The notes under the pieces are model-generated. The model was not told where the DNA came from. It did not search any database and worked only from the letters and a program-made list of their open reading frames with translations. The translations under genes were made by a program, and so were the position numbers. DNA of 64,000 nt from Gammaproteobacteria bacterium (GTDB lineage Bacteria > Pseudomonadota > Gammaproteobacteria > CBDBNL01 > JAAOII01): contig OZ242372.1 of NCBI GenBank assembly GCA_965209035.1, positions 1,376,001 through 1,440,000 on the forward strand, written 5' to 3'. The number at the start of each line of letters is the position of its first letter. Position 1 is the stretch's first letter. Below are positions 31,033 to 41,183 of the stretch, piece by piece.

Positions 31033-31371
31033 ATGGCAATGCATATGAGAGAGGCAACCGGCGACGCAGAGCATTCGGATGCTTTCTTGGCCGGACTGGA
31101 AAAGCGCGAAGCCGAACGCGAGGCCGAGCGTAAAGAACAACGCCGCGCTGATGAAGTACAACGCCGTGCCGATGAGGCTAAACGCGAAGCACAACATCGT
31201 GCCGATGAGGCTAAACGCGAAGCACAACATCGCGCCGATGAAGCTAAACGCAGTGCCGATCAAGACCGCTTTATCGCGACGGTGCAGCGTGAGCTGACTT
31301 TGCAACGCTGGTTTTTGCTTGCCTCTGTTGCGATCATAGGTTTGGTTGTGGCGGCTATTGCCGTGGCTTAA
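31033..31371 (+). CDS. Array copy 2 (112 aa)
   Basis: Same head and anchor; 44-aa stalk. Confidence 0.8.
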   Translation: MAMHMREATGDAEHSDAFLAGLEKREAEREAERKEQRRADEVQRRADEAKREAQHRADEAKREAQHRADEAKRSADQDRFIATVQRELTLQRWFLLASVAIIGLVVAAIAVA

Positions 31372-31444
31372 ATTCCGCTGCTTCTTGTTTTGCTTCCGGT
31401 TTTACAAGAGGGACTGCGGAACTTGTTTGCCCGGGGAAGTTAAA

Positions 31445-31783
31445 ATGGCAATGCATATGAGAGCGGCGACCGGCAACGCAGAGTATTCGGATGCTTTCTT
31501 GGCCGGACTGGAGAAGCGCGAAGCCGAACGCGAGGCCGAGCGTAAAGAACAACGTCGTGCCGATGAAGCTAAACACGAAGCACAGCGTAGTGCCGATGAG
31601 GCCCAACATCGTGCTGATGCAGCCGAGCGTAAAGAACAGCGTCGTGCCGATGAGGCACAACATCGTGCCGATCAAGACCGCTTCATCGCGACGGTGCAGC
31701 GTGAGTTCGCTCTGCAACGCTGGTTTTTGCTTGCCTCTGTTGCGATCATAGGCTTGGTTGTGACGGCTATTTCTGTGGCTTAA
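31445..31783 (+). CDS. Array copy 3 (112 aa)
   Basis: Same head and anchor; 44-aa stalk with a different module order. Confidence 0.8.
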   Translation: MAMHMRAATGNAEYSDAFLAGLEKREAEREAERKEQRRADEAKHEAQRSADEAQHRADAAERKEQRRADEAQHRADQDRFIATVQREFALQRWFLLASVAIIGLVVTAISVA

Positions 31784-31958
31784 ATTCCGCTTGTCCTTCT
31801 GTTTGCATTCATCCCCGCTGATGTGGATTTTTCTTTTGGTTGGCAATTATGTTTCATATTTCATTCGTCATTTTTTGGTATAATAATAATATGTTTTATG
31901 TTGGTAAGACATTAATTGGAAAGATTATTTTATTGGTAATTCCTTGGGAGGAATCACT

Positions 31959-32234
31959 ATGACAACATCATCTATCATTGAAATGGCAATGCATATGAGA
32001 GCGGCAACCGGTAACGCGGAGCACTCGGATGCTTTCTTGGCCGGACTGGAAAAGCGCGAAGCCGAACGTGAAGCCGAGCGTAAAGAACAACGCCGTGCCG
32101 ATGAGGCACGACATCGTGCCGATCAAGACCGCTTTATCGCGACGGTGCAGCGTGAGCTGACTCTGCAACGCTGGTTTTTGCTTGCCTCTGTTGCGATCAT
32201 AGGCTTGGTTGTGACGGCTATTTCCGTGGCTTAA
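31959..32234 (+). CDS. Array copy 4 (91 aa)
   Basis: Own leader and RBS; 15-aa stalk. Confidence 0.8.
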   Translation: MTTSSIIEMAMHMRAATGNAEHSDAFLAGLEKREAEREAERKEQRRADEARHRADQDRFIATVQRELTLQRWFLLASVAIIGLVVTAISVA

Positions 32235-32356
32235 ATTCCGCTGCTTCTTGTAAAACAAGAGGGACTGCGAAACTGGGATCAGTCGGGAATAATAGAAGGA
32301 CGCACCAAAAACTATCAAAAAGAGTTGAATAACTTGTTCACCCGGAGATAGTTGAA

Positions 32357-32650
32357 ATGGCAATGCATATGAGAGAGTCAACCGGCGACGCAGAGCATTC
32401 GGATGCTTTCTTGGCCGGACTGGAAAAGCGCGAAGCCGAACGCGAGGCACAACGTCGTGCCGATGAAGACGAGCGTAAAGAACAACGTCGTGCGGATGAG
32501 GCACAGCATCGTGCCGATGAAGCTAAACGCAGTGCCGATCAAGACCGCTTCATCGCGGCGGTGCAGCGTGAGCTCACTTTGCAACGCTGGTTCTTTGTTG
32601 CCGCCGTTGCGGCCATGGGTTTGGTTGTGACGGCTATTTCCGTGGCTTAA
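32357..32650 (+). CDS. Array copy 5 (97 aa)
   Basis: Same head and anchor; 29-aa stalk. Confidence 0.8.
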   Translation: MAMHMRESTGDAEHSDAFLAGLEKREAEREAQRRADEDERKEQRRADEAQHRADEAKRSADQDRFIAAVQRELTLQRWFFVAAVAAMGLVVTAISVA

Positions 32651-32711
32651 ATTCCGCTGTTTCTTGTTTTACAAGAGGGACTGCGGAACTTGTTCGCCCG
32701 GGGAGGTTGAA

Positions 32712-32984
32712 ATGGCAATGCATATGAGAGCGGCAACCGGCGACGCAGAGCATTCGGATGCTTTTTTGGCCGGACTGGAAAGGCGCGAAGCCGAACGTGA
32801 GGCAAAACGCGAAGCACAGCGTCGTGCCGATGAGGCACAACATCGTGCCGATGAAGCTAAACGCAGTGCTGACCAAGACCGCTTCATCGCGGCGGTGCAG
32901 CGTGAGCTGACTTTGCAACGCTGGTTCTTTGTTGCCGCTGTTGCGACCATGGGTTTGGTTGTGGCGGCTATTTCCGTGGCTTAA
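32712..32984 (+). CDS. Array copy 6 (90 aa)
   Basis: GGAGG RBS; 22-aa stalk. Confidence 0.8.
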   Translation: MAMHMRAATGDAEHSDAFLAGLERREAEREAKREAQRRADEAQHRADEAKRSADQDRFIAAVQRELTLQRWFFVAAVATMGLVVAAISVA

Positions 32985-33236
32985 ATTCCGCCAGTCCTTG
33001 TTTTGCCTCCGGTTTTACAAGAGGCATCGCGAAGCGAAACGGGGCTTAGTCGGGAATAGTAGCGGAACACACCATACCGATTTTTCCGGGATGATGCCCG
33101 TATTTTTAGATTTCTAAAAACAAGTCGTCCTTCCGGTTTCATTCATCATTTTTTGATATAATAATAGTATGTTTTATGTTGGTAAGACATTGATTGGAAA
33201 GATTATTTTATTGGTAATTACTTAGGAGGAATGACT

Positions 33237-33500
33237 ATGACAACATCATCTATCATTGAAATGGCAATGCATATGAGAGCGGCAACCGGCAACGTCGAGC
33301 ATTCGGATGCTTTCTTGGCCGGACTGGAAAAGCGCGAAGCCGAACGCGAGGCACAACATCGTGCCGATGAAGCTAAACGCAGTGCTGATCAAGACCGCTT
33401 CATCGCGGCGGTGCAGCGTGAGCTAACTTTGCAACGCTGGTTCTTTGTTGCCGCTGTTGCGGCCATGGGTTTGGTTGTGGCGGCTATTTCCGTGGCTTAA
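33237..33500 (+). CDS. Array copy 7 (87 aa)
   Basis: Own leader and RBS; 11-aa stalk. Confidence 0.8.
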   Translation: MTTSSIIEMAMHMRAATGNVEHSDAFLAGLEKREAEREAQHRADEAKRSADQDRFIAAVQRELTLQRWFFVAAVAAMGLVVAAISVA

Positions 33501-33736
33501 ACTTAAATTCCACTGCTTCTTGTTTTGCTTCCGGCTTTACAAGCGGCATCGCGAAGCGAAACGGGGCTTAGCTGGGAATAATAGCGGAACACACCATACC
33601 AAACTTAGAGTCCAAAACCTTGCCGGGATGACGCAGTTTGTGTATCATTCCCCTCGGCTTTGGATGTCCGCCCTTGCCGGGCTTTTTGAATTCCAAACCC
33701 TTGCGTTTGGATTTGGGCTTACTTTTAGGCTTACTT

Positions 33737-35113
33737 TTAAATTAGCCTTTTGGGGTCCAGGAGTTTGCGCAGTTCTGTCTCGCTCAGATCGGTCATTTCT
33801 TTTGCCACTTCAAGTACCGGTCGGCCTTGCTTGTATGCCTGTTTGGCGATGGCGGCGCCTTTTTCGTAGCCGATGACCTGATTGAGGGCGGTGACCAGAA
33901 TGGGGTTGCGTTCCAGCGGAATACGAATGTTGTCTTCTCGCACCGTGAAATCTTTGATGGCCTTGTCGGCGAGTAGCCTGCAAGAGTTTGTCATCAGGTG
34001 GCAGGATTGAAGGAGATTGTAAGCGATGACCGGCAGCATGACATTGAGTTGAAAGTTGCCGGAGAGGCCGCCGAGGGCGACAGTGGTATCGTTGCCGATA
34101 ACCTGTGCCGATGCCATGCAGACAGATTCGCCGATGACCGGATTGACCTTGCCGGGCATGATGCTGCTGCCGGGCTGTAGGGCGGGCAGTTCAATTTCGC
34201 CCAGACCGGCGAGGGGGCCGCTGTTCATCCAACGCAGGTCGTTGGCAATTTTCATCAGGACGACGGCGAGGCCGCGCAGTTTGGCGCTCGTTTCCACGGG
34301 GGCGTCCTGTGCGGAGAGACCGGCAAAGAAGTTGTTCATCACCGTGAATTTCAGCCCGGTTTTGCGGTTGAGAGCTGCGACAAACTTGCGGGAGAATCCT
34401 TTTTCGGCGTTAATGCCGGTGCCGACGGCTGTGCCGCCTTGCGGCAGGGCGGCAAGACGCGGCAGGGCGTCTTCTATCGCCTTTTTGGCATCGCGCAGCT
34501 GGGCACTCCAGCCGCCCATCTCCTGCTTCAAACTCAACGGCATGGCATCCATTAAATGCGTGCGGCCGGTTTTTATGACTTTGGCGTGTTGGTTCGCCTT
34601 TTTATCGGTTGTTCGGATCAAATGTTCCAATGCCGGTAACAGGGACAGGCGTATGTGGGCAACCGCGCTGACTTTGATGGCGGTCGGGATGACATCGTTG
34701 GAACTTTGGCTCATATTGACATGGTCGTTGGGATGGACGGCCTGCTTGCCTGCGGATGCCAATGAGGCGATGACTTCGTTGGCGTTCATGTTGGAACTGG
34801 TGCCGGAGCCGGTCTGAAAGACATCTATGGGGAACTGGGCGTCGTGCTTGCCGGCTGCGACCGCATTGGCCGCCTGTTGAATTTTTTTGCCGAGGGCCGG
34901 CTTGAGTTTGCCCAATTGCATATTGGCTTCGGCACAGGAGAACTTGATATGTCCGAGTGCTTCAATGAAACGGCGCGGCATTTTCAGGTCGCTGACCGGG
35001 AAGTTGGCAACCGCCCGTCCGGTCTGGGCGCCGTAAAGAGCGTCCGCCGGGATTAGGACTTCGCCCATGCTGTCACGGACTTTTTGATGCTTTGTTGTTG
35101 TTTTGTCGTTCAT
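33737..35113 (-). CDS. fumC: Fumarate hydratase class II
   Basis: QTGSGTSSNMNANE, HPNDHVNMSQSSND, GRTHLMDA and GSSIMPGKVNP. Confidence 0.96.
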   Translation of the reverse strand: MNDKTTTKHQKVRDSMGEVLIPADALYGAQTGRAVANFPVSDLKMPRRFIEALGHIKFSCAEANMQLGKLKPALGKKIQQAANAVAAGKHDAQFPIDVFQTGSGTSSNMNANEVIASLASAGKQAVHPNDHVNMSQSSNDVIPTAIKVSAVAHIRLSLLPALEHLIRTTDKKANQHAKVIKTGRTHLMDAMPLSLKQEMGGWSAQLRDAKKAIEDALPRLAALPQGGTAVGTGINAEKGFSRKFVAALNRKTGLKFTVMNNFFAGLSAQDAPVETSAKLRGLAVVLMKIANDLRWMNSGPLAGLGEIELPALQPGSSIMPGKVNPVIGESVCMASAQVIGNDTTVALGGLSGNFQLNVMLPVIAYNLLQSCHLMTNSCRLLADKAIKDFTVREDNIRIPLERNPILVTALNQVIGYEKGAAIAKQAYKQGRPVLEVAKEMTDLSETELRKLLDPKRLI

Positions 35114-35292
35114 TGGATTAGAAAAGAGGTTAAAGGAGGGGGATAAAAAAGCGTGGCGGGAAATCGGGGAGTGGGGAAAAAAGAGCGATTGCGACCCGCC
35201 GATTCCCGGACGGGTTCATTGGTTATCCTTTAAGTAAGTAAGCGGCTGTTATATAAGAGGCGATTCAATAAACCAAGCGGCTATATAAGCAG

Positions 35293-36027
35293 CTATGTAA
35301 CATCTTTCCAGTATTCGCGTTTGACAAGCCAGGCAAGAAAAATTAAGACAAGCAAGAACAGCATCACCTTCCAGCCGAGGCGGATACGCTGAATTTTTGC
35401 CGGCTCGCTCACATATTCCATGAAGTTGACCAGGTCGTTCATTTGGTTATGAAATTCTTTGCGGCTCATGCTGCCCGGCACCGCAAGGGTGAGTTTGACG
35501 AGTTGCTTCTTGCCGTGGACTTCCTCGTAAACGGGGTCTTGAATGCCTTGCGTCGCCGCCAGAATATTGGGCATGGCGGTGCCGGCAAAGATGGCGTTGT
35601 TGAAGCCGCTGGTGCTGTCCGGATCCCGATAAAATCCTTTGAGGTAACTGAGTATCCAGTTGTTGCCGCGCACCCGCGCCCGGAGTGTCAGGTCCGGCGG
35701 TGCCACGCCGTAGGCCTGTAAACCCGCGTCCTCGCTTAAAGGCGAGACGATCGCGTCATAAACACCGCCGCCGAATAGCATCACATTTTTGCGAAGTTCG
35801 TCGTCGTTCCAGCCAAGGTCCTTGCCAACACGGTTGTATCGCATATAGCCGAGCGAATGGCAGGAAAGGCAGTTGATGGCATAAAATTGGGCGCCGCGGC
35901 GCAGGGACTCAATGTCCGTGATGTCCGTTTGTGCCTTGTCCAAGCGGTAGCCGGACTCGGCGGCAAATGCGAATGCGGGCAGCAGGGTTGTCATCAGGAC
36001 CGCCAACAGAGTTGTGCGCAGTTTCAT
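35293..36027 (-). CDS. petC: Cytochrome c1
   Basis: CLSCH heme motif, PPDL and a C-terminal TM. Confidence 0.93.
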   Translation of the reverse strand: MKLRTTLLAVLMTTLLPAFAFAAESGYRLDKAQTDITDIESLRRGAQFYAINCLSCHSLGYMRYNRVGKDLGWNDDELRKNVMLFGGGVYDAIVSPLSEDAGLQAYGVAPPDLTLRARVRGNNWILSYLKGFYRDPDSTSGFNNAIFAGTAMPNILAATQGIQDPVYEEVHGKKQLVKLTLAVPGSMSRKEFHNQMNDLVNFMEYVSEPAKIQRIRLGWKVMLFLLVLIFLAWLVKREYWKDVT

Positions 36028-37337
36028 TTGGTTAGTCTGGTGGGTAAGGGCTTGGTTTTGTCAATTCGGCTATAAACCGGCATGGTGATAAAAAACACAA
36101 AATACATAAAAGTGAGGAATTGGGCGATGCCCGTATATAGAGTGGACGGCGGCAGAGTGCCGAGAATGCCGAGACCGATAAAACTCACTACGAGAATCCC
36201 GATGGCGACGCGCGAGATGGGACCCTTATAGCGTATGGAACGCACGGGAGACTTGTCCAACCAGGGCAGAAAAAACCAGACGAGAATGGCAAAGAACATC
36301 ACAAGGACGGCCGGGAACTGGCTGCCGGCAATACTCGGGATTGCCCGCAGCATCGCATAAAAGGGTGTGAAATACCAGACCGGGGCGATGTGTTCGGGTG
36401 TTTTAAGCGGATTGGCTTCTTCAAAATTGGGGGGTTCTATCAAGTAGCCGCCGCCGGTCGGGGCATAAAAGAGAACAAAGGAAAACAGCAGCAGGAAGAC
36501 CATAGTTACAAAAATATCTTTTACGGTCATGTAGGGATGAAACGGGACTCCGTCCACAGGGATGCCGCGCTCGTTTTTATGGTCTTTGATTTCTATGCCG
36601 TCCGGGTTGTTGGAGCCGACATGCCGTAATGCGACCAGATGCAAGAAAACAAACAAAAGGAGAATCAGCGGGATGGCGGCGACATGAAACGCAAAGAAAC
36701 GATTCAGGGTGACATCCGAGATGACAAAATCACCTCTTACCCACTCCGCCAGGCCGGTGCCTATGTAAGGAACCGAAGCGAACAGGTTCACGATCACCTG
36801 CGCGCCCCACAGGGACATTTGTCCCCAAGGGAGGAGATAGCCGAAAAAGGCTTCCATCATCAGCAGCATGTAAATGGTCATGCCGATCAGCCACAACAAT
36901 TCGCGCGGCTTGCGGTAGGAACCGTAAATGAGACCGCGAAAAATATGCAGGTACACAACCGCGAAAAATGCCGAGGCGCCCGTGGAATGCATATAGCGAA
37001 TCAGCCAGCCGAAGTCCACATCGCGCATGATGGACTCAACGGATGAGAAGGCTTTGGTGGCGTCCGGCTTGTAATTCATTGTCAGGAAGATGCCGCTGGC
37101 GAGTTGAATGACCAGCACAAGCAACGCCAAACTTCCCATGAAATACCAAAAATTGAAGTTTTTGGGGGCAAAGTAACTGAGCAGTTGTTTGTCCAGAAAC
37201 TCGCTCATCGGAAAGCGTTCGTCCGTCCATTGCATCCACTTGCTCTTTTGTTCCTCTTTTGTTTGCCCGGAGGTTTGCTTGGAAGATGCCGGTTCCGTTT
37301 TCGTTTTCAATTGATTCTGTGTCTGTTGTTCGTTCAT
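36024..37337 (-). CDS. petB: Cytochrome b
   Basis: GWLIRYMHSTGAS, GYLLPWGQMS and the gammaproteobacterial-type PVWY motif. Confidence 0.96.
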   Translation of the reverse strand: MNEQQTQNQLKTKTEPASSKQTSGQTKEEQKSKWMQWTDERFPMSEFLDKQLLSYFAPKNFNFWYFMGSLALLVLVIQLASGIFLTMNYKPDATKAFSSVESIMRDVDFGWLIRYMHSTGASAFFAVVYLHIFRGLIYGSYRKPRELLWLIGMTIYMLLMMEAFFGYLLPWGQMSLWGAQVIVNLFASVPYIGTGLAEWVRGDFVISDVTLNRFFAFHVAAIPLILLLFVFLHLVALRHVGSNNPDGIEIKDHKNERGIPVDGVPFHPYMTVKDIFVTMVFLLLFSFVLFYAPTGGGYLIEPPNFEEANPLKTPEHIAPVWYFTPFYAMLRAIPSIAGSQFPAVLVMFFAILVWFFLPWLDKSPVRSIRYKGPISRVAIGILVVSFIGLGILGTLPPSTLYTGIAQFLTFMYFVFFITMPVYSRIDKTKPLPTRLTK

Positions 37338-37420
37338 AGTTCGTTTTTCGTTTTTGGAGTTGCTTGAGCTGTTGCTGTTTAAGTTGTTTAAGAAACTTTA
37401 AGAGACCTTGATAAGAGGCC

Positions 37421-38011
37421 TTAAGAAATCGGGTCCTCGCCGATGATCACCGTGGTGTCGTCCGCATATCGGTGCGGCGGAACTTCCAAGTTAGATGGCG
37501 CGGGCATGTTTTTATAAACGCGGCCGGCCATGTCAAATTTTGAGCCGTGACAGGGGCAGAAGAAACCGCCGTTCCAATCGTCACCAAAATCCGGATCCTG
37601 CGGCAGCGGCTTATATAAGGGCGAACACCCCAGATGCGGGCAGATCCCGACCAGGATCAGATATTCCGGTCTAATCGCCCGGCTTGTATCTGAAATGTAC
37701 ACGGGTTGTGTGCTGATTTTGGAGTTCGGATCCGCCAAGACGGCGGCATTTTGTGCCAGATTGTCCAGAACATCCCCGGTGCGCCGGATGATCCATACCG
37801 GCTTGCCGCGCCACCCCACTACTTTTAATTGTCCCGGTGCCAGATCGCTCAAACTGACTTCCAAAGGAGCACCGAGTGCCTTGGTTAGTTCATTGGGGAA
37901 GAGGGCACGCACAAACGGCACCATCGCAAAGATGCCGCCAAGCACGGTGAATCCCCCCAAAACTCTGTTGAGAAATCTGCGTCTTTTGATATCAACTGTT
38001 TGTTGTGCCAT
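37421..38011 (-). CDS. petA: Rieske iron-sulfur subunit
   Basis: Tat signal RRRFL; CPHLGC and CPCHGS. Confidence 0.96.
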   Translation of the reverse strand: MAQQTVDIKRRRFLNRVLGGFTVLGGIFAMVPFVRALFPNELTKALGAPLEVSLSDLAPGQLKVVGWRGKPVWIIRRTGDVLDNLAQNAAVLADPNSKISTQPVYISDTSRAIRPEYLILVGICPHLGCSPLYKPLPQDPDFGDDWNGGFFCPCHGSKFDMAGRVYKNMPAPSNLEVPPHRYADDTTVIIGEDPIS

Positions 38012-38567
38012 AATGACTTTTGTTTTCTTATTTTTCTTTTAGGTTCCTTGCCTTTTCATAGGATTTATTTTACCTTATCTTTCTCATTATATGGTGATAT
38101 TGTCCTATCTTACCTGGTTTTGATATTTTTTGGTAAAAACCGAAGCGGCGAGAGTGGCTATTTTCACGCAGATCCCGTGTTGTTGCTTCGCCTTGTCAGG
38201 CTGTCGGGTGTGCGAGTGAGGGTGGTGGGCGGAGAGGATGGAGGACTGTGCTTGTCTTGTGCTTGGCTTCCAATCTCCAATCCTTCCTTTACAGCACCCG
38301 ATTGATAAGATCTTGATAAAGGATTAATAAGAACTTGCCGGTAGTTTGTATCTCGGCTTTTATCTCGGGTTCGGCAACTTTTTAAAAAACCCTGATTTTA
38401 TAAGGGTTTGCGTGCATTTTTTATACACTGCCAGCCTGGCCTGGCACTCAGTGCCGGTTGCGAACAGATTGCATCAAGCGGTTTGTTTGGCTCGCCGAAG
38501 GCAGCCAAACGAACTCTTGGTCTGCTTTAGATTCCGCTTGCCCGCTGCTGACTTCCGACTTACCTGC

Positions 38568-40994
38568 CTACCTGCCTTGCGCCGAGAGGCCGTCCGGCAT
38601 GCAGTTCAGGGCGGGATATTGGCTGCTCGTGCCCAGATCCCAAACACTTAAGAATCCGTCCGGCTGGGCATCCACTTCCATTACTGCGCCCGTATCCGGA
38701 TGACACCAGATGCCACCCCAGTCTTCATAGATACCTGCGAAAGTAAGCGGGCTTTTCAGCTGGGCGGTGGTCTGCCCCGTACCCAAATTAGCAGCACTGT
38801 TTGACTGTTGGGTGGTTTGAGTATCCCAATAGGAGGCAGTGACGACAGCCGGAGGACTATCAAATATCTGGCCAATCAAGCCTCCAACCTGGGGACTAGA
38901 AGAGGTAATTAAAATCTGCCCGGTAGCGGCATAAGAATAATAAGTTTGACTGAGCTCCCCATTCCCTATTAGTCCGCCAGCACGAATATCCCCGGTAACA
39001 CTTCCGCCGGATACATAAGTATAGCGAGCGGACGCGAATTGCCCCAGCCCAATTAGCCCGCCAACACTAACCCCCGTTCCGGAAACATCTACGCCGAGCA
39101 CATAGGCATAGCGAATATTTGTCGCCCCACTTCCAATCAGTCCGCCACCATCAGAATCAATCGTGTTAACACTTCCGCTAGAAGCATAAACATAGCGAAT
39201 AGTAGCCCCTCCTCCAGCCCCAGTCAATCCGCCAACAGCAGTACTCCCGACAACATTTAGACCGGATACACCGGCATAGCGAATGGTAGTACGCGACCCA
39301 TCCCCAACCAGCCCGCCCACGCTGATGGCGGACGGACTCATCACACTGACATCCGTAACTGACAGATTCTCATAACGGCCATTCTGACCATTGCCGACCA
39401 GTCCGCCCACAGCAGCTGCACCGCCACGGACAGTTGCATTCCGGAGATGCAGATTTTGCACACTGCCATTGAACGCACCGAATAAGCCCACTCCATTGGC
39501 GGTATCCTCCGCCGAAATGAACAGATCAGCAAGAGTGTGATCCCGACCATCAAAGATTCCCGCATAAGGGGTGCAATCATTAGGGGCAACACAGGAGCCA
39601 ATCGGCACCCAGCCGCTGCCGGTCGTCCAGGCAGTATTAACGGTGCCGTCGGCATAGGAAGCCGCATCGCTAAAATTGAGCGAGCGGGTCAATTCATAAC
39701 CCACACAGCCATCTGGGACCGGACAGCCCACAGATTCCACAGTAATTGCATCAATCTCATTGTCATCCATCCCATTGCCATCCAGATCATCGCGCAGCAG
39801 GGCCAGTTGATCCAAATTGTGAATCTCGATCAAGCCGTTATTGTTGTCATCCGAATCACAGGCATCCCCGAGTGTATCTGTATCGTTATTGAACTGCTCC
39901 GGATTTCCAACTAGCGGACAATTATCCATCCCATTCACCACATCATCGTCATCATCATCGGCATTCGGATCCGCTCCGATTGTGTGCTCAACCGCAGCCG
40001 AAAGGACGGGATCTGGACGACCCGCATAACGCACCGCAACTGTGATCTCGTAGGTGGCATCATAAATAAGCCCCGTAATGGTGTCCGTATTATCCGAAGC
40101 ACCCGCCGCAACATTCACTTCGTCAGAATCAAGTTCCTCTGTGCCGCTATCGGCATCATCATCAACATTGACCCAATTAATATTGAACCCGATAATCTCA
40201 CCCTGACCATCCTGACTCGGATTGGTCCAACTCACGGTAATGGTATTCCCGCTGACCATGGCTTGGACATCGGAAACAGCCGGGAACCTGGGATCACCAC
40301 CGCCATTCGGATCCGCCCCGGCCGTGCCTTGAGTGGAAACAGAAGTAGAGGATGAGCCATCCATATAAAGCACCGCAATCGTGATCCGGTAGGTGATGCC
40401 ATTGGTTAGACCCGTAATGTTGAACATCACCAGACTCCCGGGCTGCAGCAAATCCGCCGCAGGCGTCAGCAGCCGCACATCGGTGGCATTAAGGATAATT
40501 CCCTCAACGCTCATATCGTCGACGTTAAACAAAGTGATATTGAACCCGGTGATATTCTCCCGGTTCGGATTGGTCCAACTCACGAGAATATTCTCCTCAC
40601 CGACCATGGTTTGAATGTTGGAAACAGCCCGGCCATCACCGCCGCCGCCACCGGAACCGCCGCCTCCGCCGCCGGCACAACCGGCAAGGACCAAACCGAA
40701 CATACCTGTAAGCAGAAGGGTACACCCTAAACTTCCGAAACGCCCCAAACGAGCCAAATTTCGCAAACGAGCCAGCCGTTTCATCCGCAGGCCGGCATTA
40801 AAAAAGGCTGCCGCTAGCGGCGATAGAACCCGCCCGGCAAACAACCTTAGCGACCGCCAAGCATTGATGGGGTAAAAGATTAGAGGCATTGCCTTGAAGT
40901 TATTATTATTAAAGGAGACACGCGAATTTCGGGCGTCTTTGCCGGCGATGCATTGCTTGCACCGACCGGACAGGAAAAGAGATATCTTGTTCAT
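38568..40994 (-). CDS. Lipoprotein with 2x Fn3, TSP3-like and GLUG-like (VGGLVG) repeats, paralog 1
   Basis: LAGC lipobox plus poly-Gly; VSWTNP Fn3 motifs; DNCP..GDACD; WDLG..QYPAL C-terminus. Start is uncertain. Confidence 0.8.
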   Translation of the reverse strand: MNKISLFLSGRCKQCIAGKDARNSRVSFNNNNFKAMPLIFYPINAWRSLRLFAGRVLSPLAAAFFNAGLRMKRLARLRNLARLGRFGSLGCTLLLTGMFGLVLAGCAGGGGGGSGGGGGDGRAVSNIQTMVGEENILVSWTNPNRENITGFNITLFNVDDMSVEGIILNATDVRLLTPAADLLQPGSLVMFNITGLTNGITYRITIAVLYMDGSSSTSVSTQGTAGADPNGGGDPRFPAVSDVQAMVSGNTITVSWTNPSQDGQGEIIGFNINWVNVDDDADSGTEELDSDEVNVAAGASDNTDTITGLIYDATYEITVAVRYAGRPDPVLSAAVEHTIGADPNADDDDDDVVNGMDNCPLVGNPEQFNNDTDTLGDACDSDDNNNGLIEIHNLDQLALLRDDLDGNGMDDNEIDAITVESVGCPVPDGCVGYELTRSLNFSDAASYADGTVNTAWTTGSGWVPIGSCVAPNDCTPYAGIFDGRDHTLADLFISAEDTANGVGLFGAFNGSVQNLHLRNATVRGGAAAVGGLVGNGQNGRYENLSVTDVSVMSPSAISVGGLVGDGSRTTIRYAGVSGLNVVGSTAVGGLTGAGGGATIRYVYASSGSVNTIDSDGGGLIGSGATNIRYAYVLGVDVSGTGVSVGGLIGLGQFASARYTYVSGGSVTGDIRAGGLIGNGELSQTYYSYAATGQILITSSSPQVGGLIGQIFDSPPAVVTASYWDTQTTQQSNSAANLGTGQTTAQLKSPLTFAGIYEDWGGIWCHPDTGAVMEVDAQPDGFLSVWDLGTSSQYPALNCMPDGLSAQGR

Positions 40995-41183
40995 GATTGT
41001 TTTTTATTGTTAAAAATATTAATGGTTATGGTATGAAGCATACTATTATTATAACTTTAATTTCCAAAATTATGCAGAGATTGTCCAATTCCGCCCGGCC
41101 TTGATTTTTTTGTAAAAACCGGATTGGCGAGAGTTATCTATGAGAATCATTGGGACTTGAGAAAGCCGTCTTTTTTGTCTGTG

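Noticed and set aside
30515-33630. CRISPR-like repeat/variable pattern in the small-gene array
   Set aside because: The conserved blocks are >90 bp and protein coding, the variable parts are in-frame reused modules rather than unique spacers, and no cas genes are present.
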